From Entomortierella parvispora E1425 (taxonomy: Eukaryota > Fungi > Mortierellomycota), in assembly GCA_020891255.1 (NCBI GenBank), contig BQFW01000008.1, positions 1,984,001 to 2,048,000 on the forward strand: a stretch of DNA of 64,000 nucleotides, read 5' to 3'. Within the stretch, counting starts at the first letter, position 1; the number at the start of each line of letters is the position of its first letter. This document shows positions 1-11,136 of this stretch, one piece after another. Below the pieces are notes generated by a model that saw nothing but the letters and a program-made list of their open reading frames with translations, had not been told where the DNA came from and ran no database searches. A program made the position numbers and the translations under genes.

Positions 1-3000
1 TCTCTTAACGGACGTCCGACCTCTGTTAGTACACCTGTAGCACCTCAGCCACCTCGTTTCCGGGCTATTTACCCGCTCACACCGAACGAGGGCACTGTCA
101 TGGGCGGGACGCGGGTCACTATTCATGGGCTTCATTTCGATCAACTTCAGAATCCTGTCGTCTTTTTCGGAAAGATTCCTGCCGAGCTTGTCACAATTTC
201 GCACCACGATGTCATGGAATGCACCACTCCCGCGGCCGAGAACCTAAAGCCTGGAATGGTTCAGGTCCAAATCGCCTCCCTGGCGTATCCAATACCGCCA
301 CTTAATGGTGGTGGTAACTATATTCCAGACCGAGTCGACTACATGTACACGGCGCAGCCGGACTATGACTTCTGCAATTTGGCGGCAACGTCGCTATCGT
401 ATTCGATGTCAAATGAGTACCCGCAGGATAATGCAGTAAGTTATGAATATGATGAGTTGAACCAATAATGAGCTTCAATCTAACTGTGTATACTCTGCAA
501 CTTTGTAGCTTGCTTTCGTCCTCAACAGCCAAGGCGTTGGCGCTGGCAACGGATTGGGACTGCTAGGCGACGGCCAATCGTTTTCAGGAAACGATTTCGA
601 TCCCACGTTCTCCTGGTCTCTCTCTGGAAAGGAGGAGATGGCTTTAGAATTTATGAAGACGATTCAAAACTTGGCACCTGGACGAATCCTTCCTTCCTTC
701 AAGGTAAGCAGGCAGCCTGATACCTGTTGGACTATTGAATAGTTGGATTAACTTTTCGATTCCTTTTTTTCATTTTCTCATTGTTGTAGAGCGATTCTGG
801 ACACACAATGTTGCACCTGGCAGTTCAGTATCGTATGACACGACTTGTGAGGGAGCTACTCGATATGGGTATTGACCATACGGCTTTGGACAGAAACAAC
901 AAAACAGGTAACAGCGCACAACCTAATTATCTAGCATCCCGTATCACTCTTGCTGGACTCTCACCATTGGTTTTTTCTGTTCTCTATCCACGATAGCTCT
1001 CCACTTTGCAAAGATGACAAACCAACCAGAGATTGCTCAAATGCTTACAGACGCGAAAGTTCCCCCACGCCCGATGGTTCCTCGTCTGTCAGACTTTGCT
1101 GGGTCAGCACAAGGACCGACCACTCGTAGTAGCCTCCAGGAATTAGTCACGGCTTTGGTGCGCAAATATGAGGACAACCTAGTCAAGGTTCTTTTACAGG
1201 AGCGACATCGAAAGCTGAAGTCGCTTCAAGGTATTCGAGAGCGGTCGATCGACATTATGAACCTCAAGAATCAGGAGGCCATGGACGGTCCGGCGATTGC
1301 CCCATCGATGATTGAACCGCAGTCGCATGCCCGAGCACCTTTGCATCGTCAATTGAGTGCATCGAGGGCTATGGACGTGGATGACAATGAAGAGGACGAT
1401 ATTATGTTGGAGGATATGTCCTCCAATCCATCATCGCCCGAAGGCGGAAAGGATGAAGGAATGGTTTCATCAAACGATGAGGACGACGAGCCGCCGGATT
1501 TCCAGGAGCGCAAGCGGAAAGTTAGAGACGACACCCACTTGGGACCCGAGGATGCGACCGTTGATGGTTCTTCCAACAAGCAGATCAAAAAGGAAGAGTC
1601 GACTGGTCGCCCATCTTCAACGACAGCAACAGTAACAAGCAAACCGTCCGATGCGCAATTGGGTTATATTCGTAACGGAGTTGGGATTTGGGAGAAATCC
1701 CGAGGAGTGGCTCTCTTTGGGCAGAACGCTCCTGCAAGCTTGACTGGCAAGAATGACGGAGGCGAACTCTTGACGTGGATCTGCGACCAATGGAATGTCT
1801 CGTCCCTGAGAGGCACTGAGGCCGATGCTCCACAATTTGATAGTCCTCCCTCGACTATTCATGTGATGGCTTTGTCCTCGGTCGGTCTCCATCACTACAG
1901 CGAGCGTAGTGCCCTTACTGCCAACGGTCACCCTATCAGGAACCTGGATCACTGGAGTTTAATTGAGATTGAGCAGATGGATGTCGTGGCAAAGGAGCAT
2001 GGTGACAAAGTTGTTAGTCTTGAGATGTGTGGCCTCGTTTCACGACGCGGACGTGACATTTTTGGTGAACGTGTCGAATTCAAGGAGTCCAATGGTGGCG
2101 ACAGGTCCTGTGCTGGCATTGTAAGACACATAGCCAAGGCTCACCAGACTTTGATGCAGCGGCTTCAATTCAAGCCAAAGTTTGAACCAGAGAGATCCTC
2201 GTCTTCGAATGCCCCGAGCCCCAAGGGCGATGCCTGGGTCGAATCGACCATTCGAATGTTTGGCAAGCTCTTTGGCGTGCATAACCGAACCCTCGACTCG
2301 ATTGACTACACTGTCCGACACAATACTTTCACTGTCTCCCCCCCATCGGAAGATGGCCCCAAGGAACACTCTGTCTCCACTGTCGGCGCGATCATGCGCA
2401 CCCTTCGTGAGTACGACCAGTGCTCGAAAGTACGCTTCGAGGGCGTCAAGATAGCTGACGGCGGATGGAAGAAAGCCGAGCTAATCAAGGAGTTGGAACG
2501 GATGACAAGGGATATGAAGCAAATCGACAGATGGAACTTTGCAAGGTGTGGATGGAGTCCTGCGACTGTCAAGGGGTTCCTTCGGGGATTCGAAACCTCG
2601 ACCACGGGAATTGTTCAAGCGCGGGCGCTCGGCCAGACCCCTCTTTCACAGGTCCGAGAGCCTTGCAGACGGATTTCTTTGGCGGACAATGATTTTGGTG
2701 GTGACGACTCTGTTGGACGAATGCTGGCGAAATCCTTTGAAAGCTGGCGACAATTTAGAACTCTGGACCTGACTAATTGTAATATTGGTCTTGCAGGAAT
2801 GGAGGCGCTCGTTTTCCGTCTTGAGAACATGTACACCATCCGTATCCAAGGAAACCAGAGCGATGACCGGTGGTGGCCCTGGATGGATAAGTTGCTGGAT
2901 CGCAATCCATCTCTCCAGAAGTGCCGACTTGGAGCACCAGTGGCGCACCCCTTGCCAAACTCGCCACTTGTTACTATTGCTCGCCTGAAGACTCTTCAAG

Positions 3001-4340
3001 AACTGACAGTTCTGGACCTTTCTACATCGCCAGTGGATACCCCTACTGTTCGAGTCCTGGAGGCGTTCATGGCTGTTCATCAAGAACTTTTGACTCTGAC
3101 GCTGGCTCGATGTGGATTATCCTGGACAAGTATGGTGACCTTGTTTAAGACGTTGTGTCGTGTTAACAAATCGACCAAGTTTACGCTGGATGTCAGTCAG
3201 AATCCTCTTTTCGACCAAGATCTGTCGACGCAACATTGGATTGAGAGCATTCAAACTGTAACCGACCAATTGAGCTCGACCGCAGCAGCAACTGGAGTCA
3301 AGCCGTTCGGAATCCATATGCAGGGAATGATGATCCGCGATTCCGTCCTTGAGCAAGTTCTGCAGGCTTTAGAATTGGCCACATGCTTTAATGAGGTGAA
3401 TGTCAAGGGCTTGATGATTCAAAGAGAGAGCGAAGTCGTGGAACTGCGGAGTCTTCCGTACGATGTCGCCTGTCAAAGGATTCGACCGGGCAACGCATCA
3501 AGGGACACATGCCTGGCTCTCGGACGGGTGCTCGCCCACAACAGGACCTTGGTAATGTTGGATATCTCTGGAAAGGAGACTCTGGTCGACATTCCAGAGT
3601 CGACATCCTCCGCCGCGACAGCAGAGGGAGACCACAGTTCTACTCAGAAATCGGTTGCAACTGGTGGCTTTGGACGGGATATTTATTTGGCTTTCCCAGG
3701 TTTGGCTCACAATGAGACTCTGAGAATGTTGACTATGGACCATAACCGGTTCGGAGAGAGTGGAATGGTGGTCCTGGCCGAGGCCCTAAAGACCAATCGT
3801 GGTCTCGGAGTTTTGTCCTGTGATGGCAACGATGCGTTTACTCACAGGGGTCTCAAGGTCATGGAGAGTGTGTTGCCTCCTGTGAAGATTCTGCAACAAG
3901 AGTCGTCTGCAGAGATATCAGAAGGTGATTCCAGTATCGATTTTGAAGGCACGATGGAGGAGGCGCAAGCCGCAGGATACAATAGCACCCTCTCGGTCTG
4001 GCGCTTGCGAGAGGAGGAGGTCTTGTTGCAAAAGCAATTCATGACGATGGAAGTGAAGCGATTGCTACAGGACTATGACCGCGTGGAGCGACTCCAGGCT
4101 CGCAATAGAGACCAGGAGGCAAAGTACATTGGAGTGAATAGCTTTGGTCCTGGAGCGGGAAGCACGCAGAACGAAAGAATTGGAGGTGGAGGGGCTGCGG
4201 TGCTGGCGCAGGCGCGGCAACGATGGGAAGGTGCGGTACAGGACCGTGCAGACTTTATTGCGACGCTGCAGAAGATTGTCATTGCGGTCAAGGGCAACAA
4301 CCGGCGTACAAAGGAGCATGATCGTCGACAAGGTCTTTAG
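1..4340 (+). CDS. 5'-truncated multidomain protein: IPT/TIG domain, about 2 ankyrin repeats, acidic linker, possible PH-like region, RNI-like leucine-rich repeats. Exons <1-435, 509-703, 790-907, 997-4340
   Basis: Frame is open from base 1 (…PRFRAIYPLTPNEGTVMGGTRVTIHGLHF, IPT pattern). GT-AG introns 436-508, 704-789 and 908-996 keep the frame and give SGHTMLHLAVQY…DRNNKTALHFAK (ankyrin). LRR-RI repeats follow (LDLTNCNIGLAG, LDLSTSPV, LTMDHNRFGESG, LSCDGND). Confidence 0.85.
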
Positions 4341-5123
4341 AGCATTTTATTCATTTTGTAATCGTTATCAATACCCGTCTCACAGATATCCCATACCATT
4401 GCTATTAAACTCATGCTATTCAGTCGAAAGAAACGGTTACGGTGTGTCCAAAGACCAAGAGCCAAAAGGAAATAGAGTCGGTGGGGAGGGAGTGAAAGAT
4501 TGCCGAGGGTCAAGAGTTGCTATTGGTGTCGTCTTCCCCCAGCTCAATGTTGGCAGAGCACTCTTACAACCACTAAACTTCATACGATAGCCGCCAATCC
4601 AAGGGACGCCTTTCATTTGCCGATCATCTGCTCTTCTCAGCAACATCTGGGTGCTCCTCAAGTCTCTAGAATATCTTTTTTTCCTTTCTATCACGGTGAA
4701 GAACGTGTTCATTCAAAGGGCGATTCAATTTGAGATCGCAATGTTGCTGCAATGATTGTACCAGTCTTTGAGATCTTGGAGCAACGCAAGATCGGATTTG
4801 CGTACAGGGAACAGCAACGTAAACCTCTTTGTGACGATGGTAAGGACAGAAAGAATAGAGGAGAAGGAGGAGGAAGAGGAGGACGAGTTGAAGAGAGGGG
4901 GGAAAGTATCGTCTGTTTCTGAAAGAACCCCAGGAAAGGGAGAGGTAAGGAGTAGAGCAGCATGCGTGTTTGAGGACTTGTCAAGGGGTGCTGCAGAGAA
5001 TCAACGTCCAGACTACATAGGGCAACTCTTGTCTGAGTGAGCAGTGCGGCTGTGTCTCTGTACCGCGTGCGGTGATGAGGGGCGGGAGCAGCGGTGGATT
5101 GGTGCCCTGGTGACAGGGAAGCA

Positions 5124-5125
<2 letters not shown>

Positions 5126-5185
<60 letters not shown>

Positions 5186-5193
5186 CGAGAGAG
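5126..5193 (+). repeat. (AG)n microsatellite
   Basis: About 30 near-perfect AG units seen directly. Confidence 0.95.
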
Positions 5194-5633
5194 GAACAAC
5201 GATGTCCACTGAACTGCAGGGATGGACGGTTACAATTATTATTTCCTCAGGCCCAGAGTGCCCCGAGAGTTTATCCAGATTCGAAACACCGCACACGACC
5301 ATACAGCTGGCTCGCAGGGCCATGCTGAGATGATCGCATCTCTTCTGCTCAGCTGTGCAATCATCTCTCTCTCTCTTAGTCGCTCTTCTTTCCATCCATC
5401 CATTCATTCATTCGTCCTTCATCTCTCCCTACCTGCTGATTCAAACGGTCCAACTCCTCTTTCCTGTTTTTAGTCTTTCGCTCTCCGCCCTGATAATTCT
5501 GTTCCCTCCTCAAACCAGCGTCCCTGTAACAAACATCTCTTTATTTCGCCCGTCGTCGAATCGCTGCTTCTCATCGACATTCCCACTCACAAACACACGC
5601 TACCATCGACATTCTCATTCTGAGCCCTTCATA

Positions 5634-7658
5634 ATGGCCAAGCCAGCCAATGGCCAGGGCAAGACCGACTTCCGAGCCAGAAACAGGGTGTTGTTCATCG
5701 GTCTTGTCTTTTGTGTCCTCTTCTTCCTCTTTGCCGTTCAGGTCGAATGGGTGCCATACCTAAACTCCTCTTCGGTCTCCTTGCCGAACGCAGCCAGCTC
5801 AAGTAAAAACAAACCCGTCCCACCCGCTAGGACCAACCCAGGGGACAATGAAAAGTCCACCCTTCCTCCTCCTACAACAGACAGCAACTCGGATGATCAG
5901 GATCAAAACTCAACGGACGGACAAGACTCCGACGAGGTTCTCGATCTGACTACCAAACCTACGGAGGAGCGACCCTCGCAGCTCGAGGGCAACAAAGAAC
6001 ACAATCCATTCCTGACCATGTTCCCATCGCGTGCTCCGGCAGAGGGAGAAAGGTTTCTCGGTTACTTGCCGCATAGTGGCTTCCACAATCAATTGATGAC
6101 ACTGGAGAACTCGCTGCGACTGGCTGCCTATTTAAACCGGACACTCTTGCTGCCTCCTCTTCATCTGAGCCACAAAAAGGAGGCGTTGTACTGGAAGGAA
6201 CCCGCCCACTTGTTGAATCAGTGGAGGCAACGGACGAGGATAGGGTCTGAATACTGTCGAGACAGGGTAGACCCCCTCACCTTGCCACCAAAGACAGAGG
6301 AAGAGCTGAAGGCGATGACTCAAGAGGAACTCAAACAGGAACAGGAGTGCCACTTTTATTACTCTTGGACGACAGTGCCGTGGACCTATTTTTACGACAT
6401 CCCACAGATCTTGAGCGGTGCTGTCGGTGTAGGGCAACAAACAGAGCCGATTCGGGTCTTTGATAGACCCAATATGACCATGGAGTGGCTATCCGAGCAT
6501 CTGGACATTAAAGATGCTAAGAAGGAGATTTTCTTCTTTGAAGATACGAATCGATATGAATTCAAAATCATGGACGACTCGGAAGTGGACTATAGCGTCA
6601 AACCGGTCAAGCCTCTGGAGCCAGAAGTGGACCTGTCAACACTTGAACCGAGTGTTGTCAAATGGATGGAGCGATATACCCATTCTTTACTCCTGACTGA
6701 TTTACAACGGAGGCCGGAGAGGGTGTTGCATTTCGGATCCCTATTCGCGACAGATCGAGTGGAGGCTAGATCGGAGGGACACAAAGCGCTCAAGAGTTTT
6801 ATCTCCAAGGGGATGGATCTTTGGAACGACGGCATCTTGGAAGCGACCGAACTAGCAGAAGCCCAGATCGAGGCTTGGATCAAGGAAACCCAAAGAGCCG
6901 CGCCTGGATTCCTCGGAGCGCATCTTAGAACAGAAGACGGACAGTTTGAGAAACAAGTTCAAAAGAATCTGCAGCGGATCGTGGCCTGGTTGGGAGAAAT
7001 GGTCAAGAAGGACAGGAAATATCTGACTGCCAACGAGATCGACGCAACCAAGGACAAGGAGGACGACAAGGATGCTGCACCTAAACGGCAGCTGGAGACC
7101 CGAGGAGAACCTCTGGATAACACCACCACGACGTCCACCCCCACAGCAGATTCAAAGACTCAAAATACCGAAACTGGGACCCAGGGTGACCAGTCAACCA
7201 CCACTCCCTCCCCCGCAGATCCAAAAACTCTAAAGGACACCGACACTACAACCCAGGTTGAACAAACGACCCCGACATCAGAGCAAGCACCAAAAGCACA
7301 GACTCGGACGTTCGTTGAACGTTGCAAGGAAGCTCCTCCAGAGTCCCCGTTGGTGTTCTTGGCGACAGATGTTCATCAACCCAGGGAATCGAATCTTTTG
7401 GCAGAGTATCTGGACCAGTTCCCATGCACCATGTTCTTAACCGACTTTAAAGCATCGCTGGCGGTGCTGGAGGAGATCAAGAACCCAACTGATGGCATGA
7501 GCATGTTCCAGTACTTGGTTGCGCTGATGGACGCGAACCTGGCAGCGAAGGGACGAATGTTCCAAGGAACAGAACGGAGCACGTTCAGCGCATACATCAC
7601 GAACCATCTGTGGCCAGAATACCATTCCTCAGAACTGGACGAGGACCTATCCGAGTGA
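5634..7658 (+). CDS. Type II membrane glycosyltransferase, GDP-fucose O-fucosyltransferase-like family; single exon
   Basis: ATG 5634 (MAKPANGQ), N-terminal TM (VLFIGLVFCVLFFLFAV), motifs FLGYLPHSGFHNQLMTLENSLRLAAYLNRTLLLPP, FLGAHLRTEDG, VFLATD and FQGTERSTFSAYI. Confidence 0.75.
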   Translation: MAKPANGQGKTDFRARNRVLFIGLVFCVLFFLFAVQVEWVPYLNSSSVSLPNAASSSKNKPVPPARTNPGDNEKSTLPPPTTDSNSDDQDQNSTDGQDSDEVLDLTTKPTEERPSQLEGNKEHNPFLTMFPSRAPAEGERFLGYLPHSGFHNQLMTLENSLRLAAYLNRTLLLPPLHLSHKKEALYWKEPAHLLNQWRQRTRIGSEYCRDRVDPLTLPPKTEEELKAMTQEELKQEQECHFYYSWTTVPWTYFYDIPQILSGAVGVGQQTEPIRVFDRPNMTMEWLSEHLDIKDAKKEIFFFEDTNRYEFKIMDDSEVDYSVKPVKPLEPEVDLSTLEPSVVKWMERYTHSLLLTDLQRRPERVLHFGSLFATDRVEARSEGHKALKSFISKGMDLWNDGILEATELAEAQIEAWIKETQRAAPGFLGAHLRTEDGQFEKQVQKNLQRIVAWLGEMVKKDRKYLTANEIDATKDKEDDKDAAPKRQLETRGEPLDNTTTTSTPTADSKTQNTETGTQGDQSTTTPSPADPKTLKDTDTTTQVEQTTPTSEQAPKAQTRTFVERCKEAPPESPLVFLATDVHQPRESNLLAEYLDQFPCTMFLTDFKASLAVLEEIKNPTDGMSMFQYLVALMDANLAAKGRMFQGTERSTFSAYITNHLWPEYHSSELDEDLSE

Positions 7659-8247
7659 GAAACAAGGAAACAATAAAACAAACCTGCATCTAGAAGATAC
7701 CCCCGCACTCCTACACCTGTAGTTTGCAACACTTGCAAGAGGCAACGAGGAAGGATGAGGGAGCGCCACGAGCACCGAAAACGAACAGAAGAGAGGAACG
7801 AACGAGAACGGGACTTAAGGGTCTGTGCCAGTGCTCTTCTGACGTGTCGAGGTGCCAGCAGGGCCGCGGCCAGACAGCGAATCAGAGGGCGCGGGTCGCT
7901 CTTTCTGGGAAATGCACTTTGGAAATGAGCGACAGCAGGGATAGGTGCGCTGGAGCCCCTTTTCTGATTGTTCGTTTCGCTTCTCTCTGTGGGTCCAGTC
8001 TTCCGTCTTTGTTCATCTCTTCTTTTCTCTCCTCTTCATCATCCCCTTCGCTGCTCCCCTTTGTCCTCCTTCGTCCCTCTTTGGCTGCTCATCCGCCTCC
8101 CCCTCTGCTGGAACAGACCGACAGATCGACTGCGAGAGAACTCCCCTGCTCTGCCCCTCTTCCCCCCCCCTCCAGGAGCGTCAACTCTTCAACACAAAGA
8201 ACTAAAAAGAAAGCTTCGCTCTCTGAATCAAGGCACAATCCCTCGCC

Positions 8248-11040
8248 ATGGCAAAATACACCTTTGACGAGCATGGCGACACGTTCAACTACTTTGTGAT
8301 GACCACGCTGGCCATCATCCTGATCCCTGCCTCCTACTTGACCCTCTTCAAGGCAAAGACTGGTATGCTATATGCTCTGCAATCTTCATCAATGTTTGAT
8401 GAAATCGAACCTGGACGACTCTTTTGAGGCATGGAACCATTCTCGAGCAGGACCTTTACCTTTCTTTCTTGATGCCCTTCCTCAGCCAGCAGTAGCCATG
8501 GAGATGAAATCAATGCAGATGACTGGCCAGGCGGCAGGCGGCAAACGGCCCTCCCAAGGAGATGGAGTCAGCGGGAACAATGCACCAACGCAGAACCCCC
8601 TGGGAAGACATTGAACTTCAAGGGGTGCGACAGGGATCAGGAGAGGCTTGAGATTTTCTGAACCACCTTCGCCCCCAACAAGATGTGCCCTGCATTCATC
8701 CTAGTTGGCTTTTGCTAACTCTGACCCACTTTGCCTACCGAAATAGCCGTTGCTGCCAGAAAGACCCCTTGTCCCTGCGAGCCTTGCCAACGCAAGTCTT
8801 CGCGCGCTGTTGCCCCTCGCAAGTCGTCTGGTGTCGGCAAAAAGTACGTGGCGGGCAACTGTTCTATATCCATCGCTGGATTGATCGCTCGTTTGATCCC
8901 CATGGCATGATCTGTGATTCTTACGTGCCCTTGTTGCTCCATAGGTCTATCGGTCTCCTTCTCGGATGGATTCTTTTCGCGTTCGTTGCGTACCAGGTCT
9001 ATATCACGCCCTCTCCCGAGGTCATCAAGTGGAACCCCTTTGATGTTCTTGGTATCGCTGATGTAAGTAGGAGCGTAGGAGAGTAGGAGATCGTGCACCA
9101 GAGTTCAGAGGCAATGGCCGCTATTCTGTGAATGCTAGAGACTGATACCCTTTGTGTGCCCAAACAGAACGCTACTCCTAAGCAGATCAAGGCCGCGTTC
9201 CGTGGACTGAGCAAAGTGTGGCATCCCGATAAGGTCAAGTCTGATTTGCTCGAGGAGGCCGTTGCCAAGATGGCCGAGATTAACAAGGCCTATGAGACGT
9301 AAGTGGGAAAGGCTCTTTTTCTTCTTGATTTTCTTATACCTCTGATCTGTCTCTCTATGCTGACCCCAGTCACCGTTTGTGCTTCCTAGGTTGACCGACG
9401 ATGCGACCCGTGAGAACTGGGAGAAATACGGACACCCAGATGGCAGCAGAAACTCTATGACCATGAGCATTGCTCTTCCTCCTTGGTTGGTTGAGGCCCA
9501 CAACAACTTCTGGGTGCTGGCTGCCTATGGACTCGTGTGCGGTTTGATGCTCCCATACTTCATTGGAAAGTGGTGGTACCGCTCTGGAAACTACACAAAA
9601 GACAAGATTCGCACAAAGACCATGGGTACTTTCTTCAAGCAGCTCAAGGAGACTACTAAGCCAAAGGAGATTGTCGAGATTTTGTCTTTGGCCGCAGAAT
9701 TCCAGGAAGAGATTGTCAGTCGACCATCGGATGAGGCTGCCCTTGAGAATTTGGGCGCTAAAGTGAACACTGCCCTTGAGAACAAGAACGGAGAAAAGTT
9801 CGAGTACACCAAGAAGACGACCTCCCCTGCCTCTCTTAAGGTTCTCACTTTGCTGTATGCCCACACTCTGGGTGTGCCAGTGGAGGACAAGGATTTGGCC
9901 CAAGACCAGGTCGATATTACTGCCAAGACTCTCCATCTCATTCACGGAATGATCCAGATCACCACCGCTCGCCAATGGTTGTCCGTCTCGCTTTCACTCA
10001 TGGACATGTCCCAGATTTTGGTTCAGGGTCTTTACTTCCATGATTCTCCCCTCCAGCAGTTGCCCTACATCGATGTCGATGCCGTCAAGGCCCTCAAGGG
10101 CAAGAAGCAGATCAAGTCCGTCGGCCAGTACATGGACATGGACCGTGTGGATCGCGTTAGCTTGTTGAAGAAGAACACCACCGATGATCAGGCCGATCAG
10201 GTTGCCACCGTTGCCAAGCAATACCCCGAATTGAAAGTCATCAAAGCTTTCTTCAGAGGTAAAGCTATAATTATTTTTCTTTGGTTCTGCAAAGTGCGAT
10301 TACAGTATCACTATTTCACGAAGCTAACTTATTGTCCTTTATATTTCTACCTTTTCCCAGTTGCCGGCGATAACATCATCACTCCAGGTTCATTGTGCAC
10401 ATTCATCTTGAAGATCAAGGCTGTTGTTCCCGGCGATGATGAGCAAGAGGAGGAAGAGACTGAAGTCAAGAAGGCCAAGGATGAGGTCAATGCTTTATTC
10501 GAGGGTGCAGAAGACAGTGAGGAGGATGAGGATGGTAACATCAAGCCCAAGAAGCCCTCCAAGGCTGTTGCCCCTGCCATCCATGCCCCTTACTTCCCTG
10601 GTGAGAAGAAGCCTTTCTGGTGGATTGTTTTGGGAGATCACAAGAACAACCGTATTGTGGTCGCGCCAACCAAGGTCACAGACATCACATCGACTCCCAA
10701 GACTATCCGTATTCAATTCCAGTCCCCTCCTCGCCCTGGCTCCTACTCTTTCAACCTGTTTATCAAGTCAGATTCGATCTTGGGAGCTGATATTACTCAA
10801 GATATGACCTTGACCGTCTTGGATGCTTCCGAGCTCCCCCCAGAGCCTGAGGTGGACGATGAGATCTCAGAGCCCGACGAGGATTCGATCGCTGGTCAGA
10901 TGGCCCTGTTGAAGGAGCAGGGATTGGCTGCGGCTGCCATTGGTGGTGGAAGCAAGGGTGCTGCCGCACCAGCTCAAGGTGGCAATGGCAAGGGCAAAGC
11001 TAAAGCCCCCGAGACAGACAGCGACAGCGACAGCGATTAG
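8248..11040 (+). CDS. SEC63: Sec63 ER translocon J-domain subunit; 6 exons
   Basis: MAKYTFDEHGDTFNYF start, J-domain with HPD (KVWHPDK), WEKYGHPDG, Sec63/Brl domain, acidic C-terminus. Introns include 8363-8746 and about 10259-10359. Confidence 0.95.
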
Positions 11041-11136
11041 ATTTAAACCACCTCTTTTTCATTTTTTTAACAGTGCTTTTTTTCCAACATCAGAACTGGT
11101 CAAATTGAATGTACTATATGTGACACCCTCTGAGCT

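Noticed and set aside
4709-5407. ORFs across the AG microsatellite (SLSLSL and ERERER runs)
   Set aside because: Stop-free frames produced by the dinucleotide repeat.
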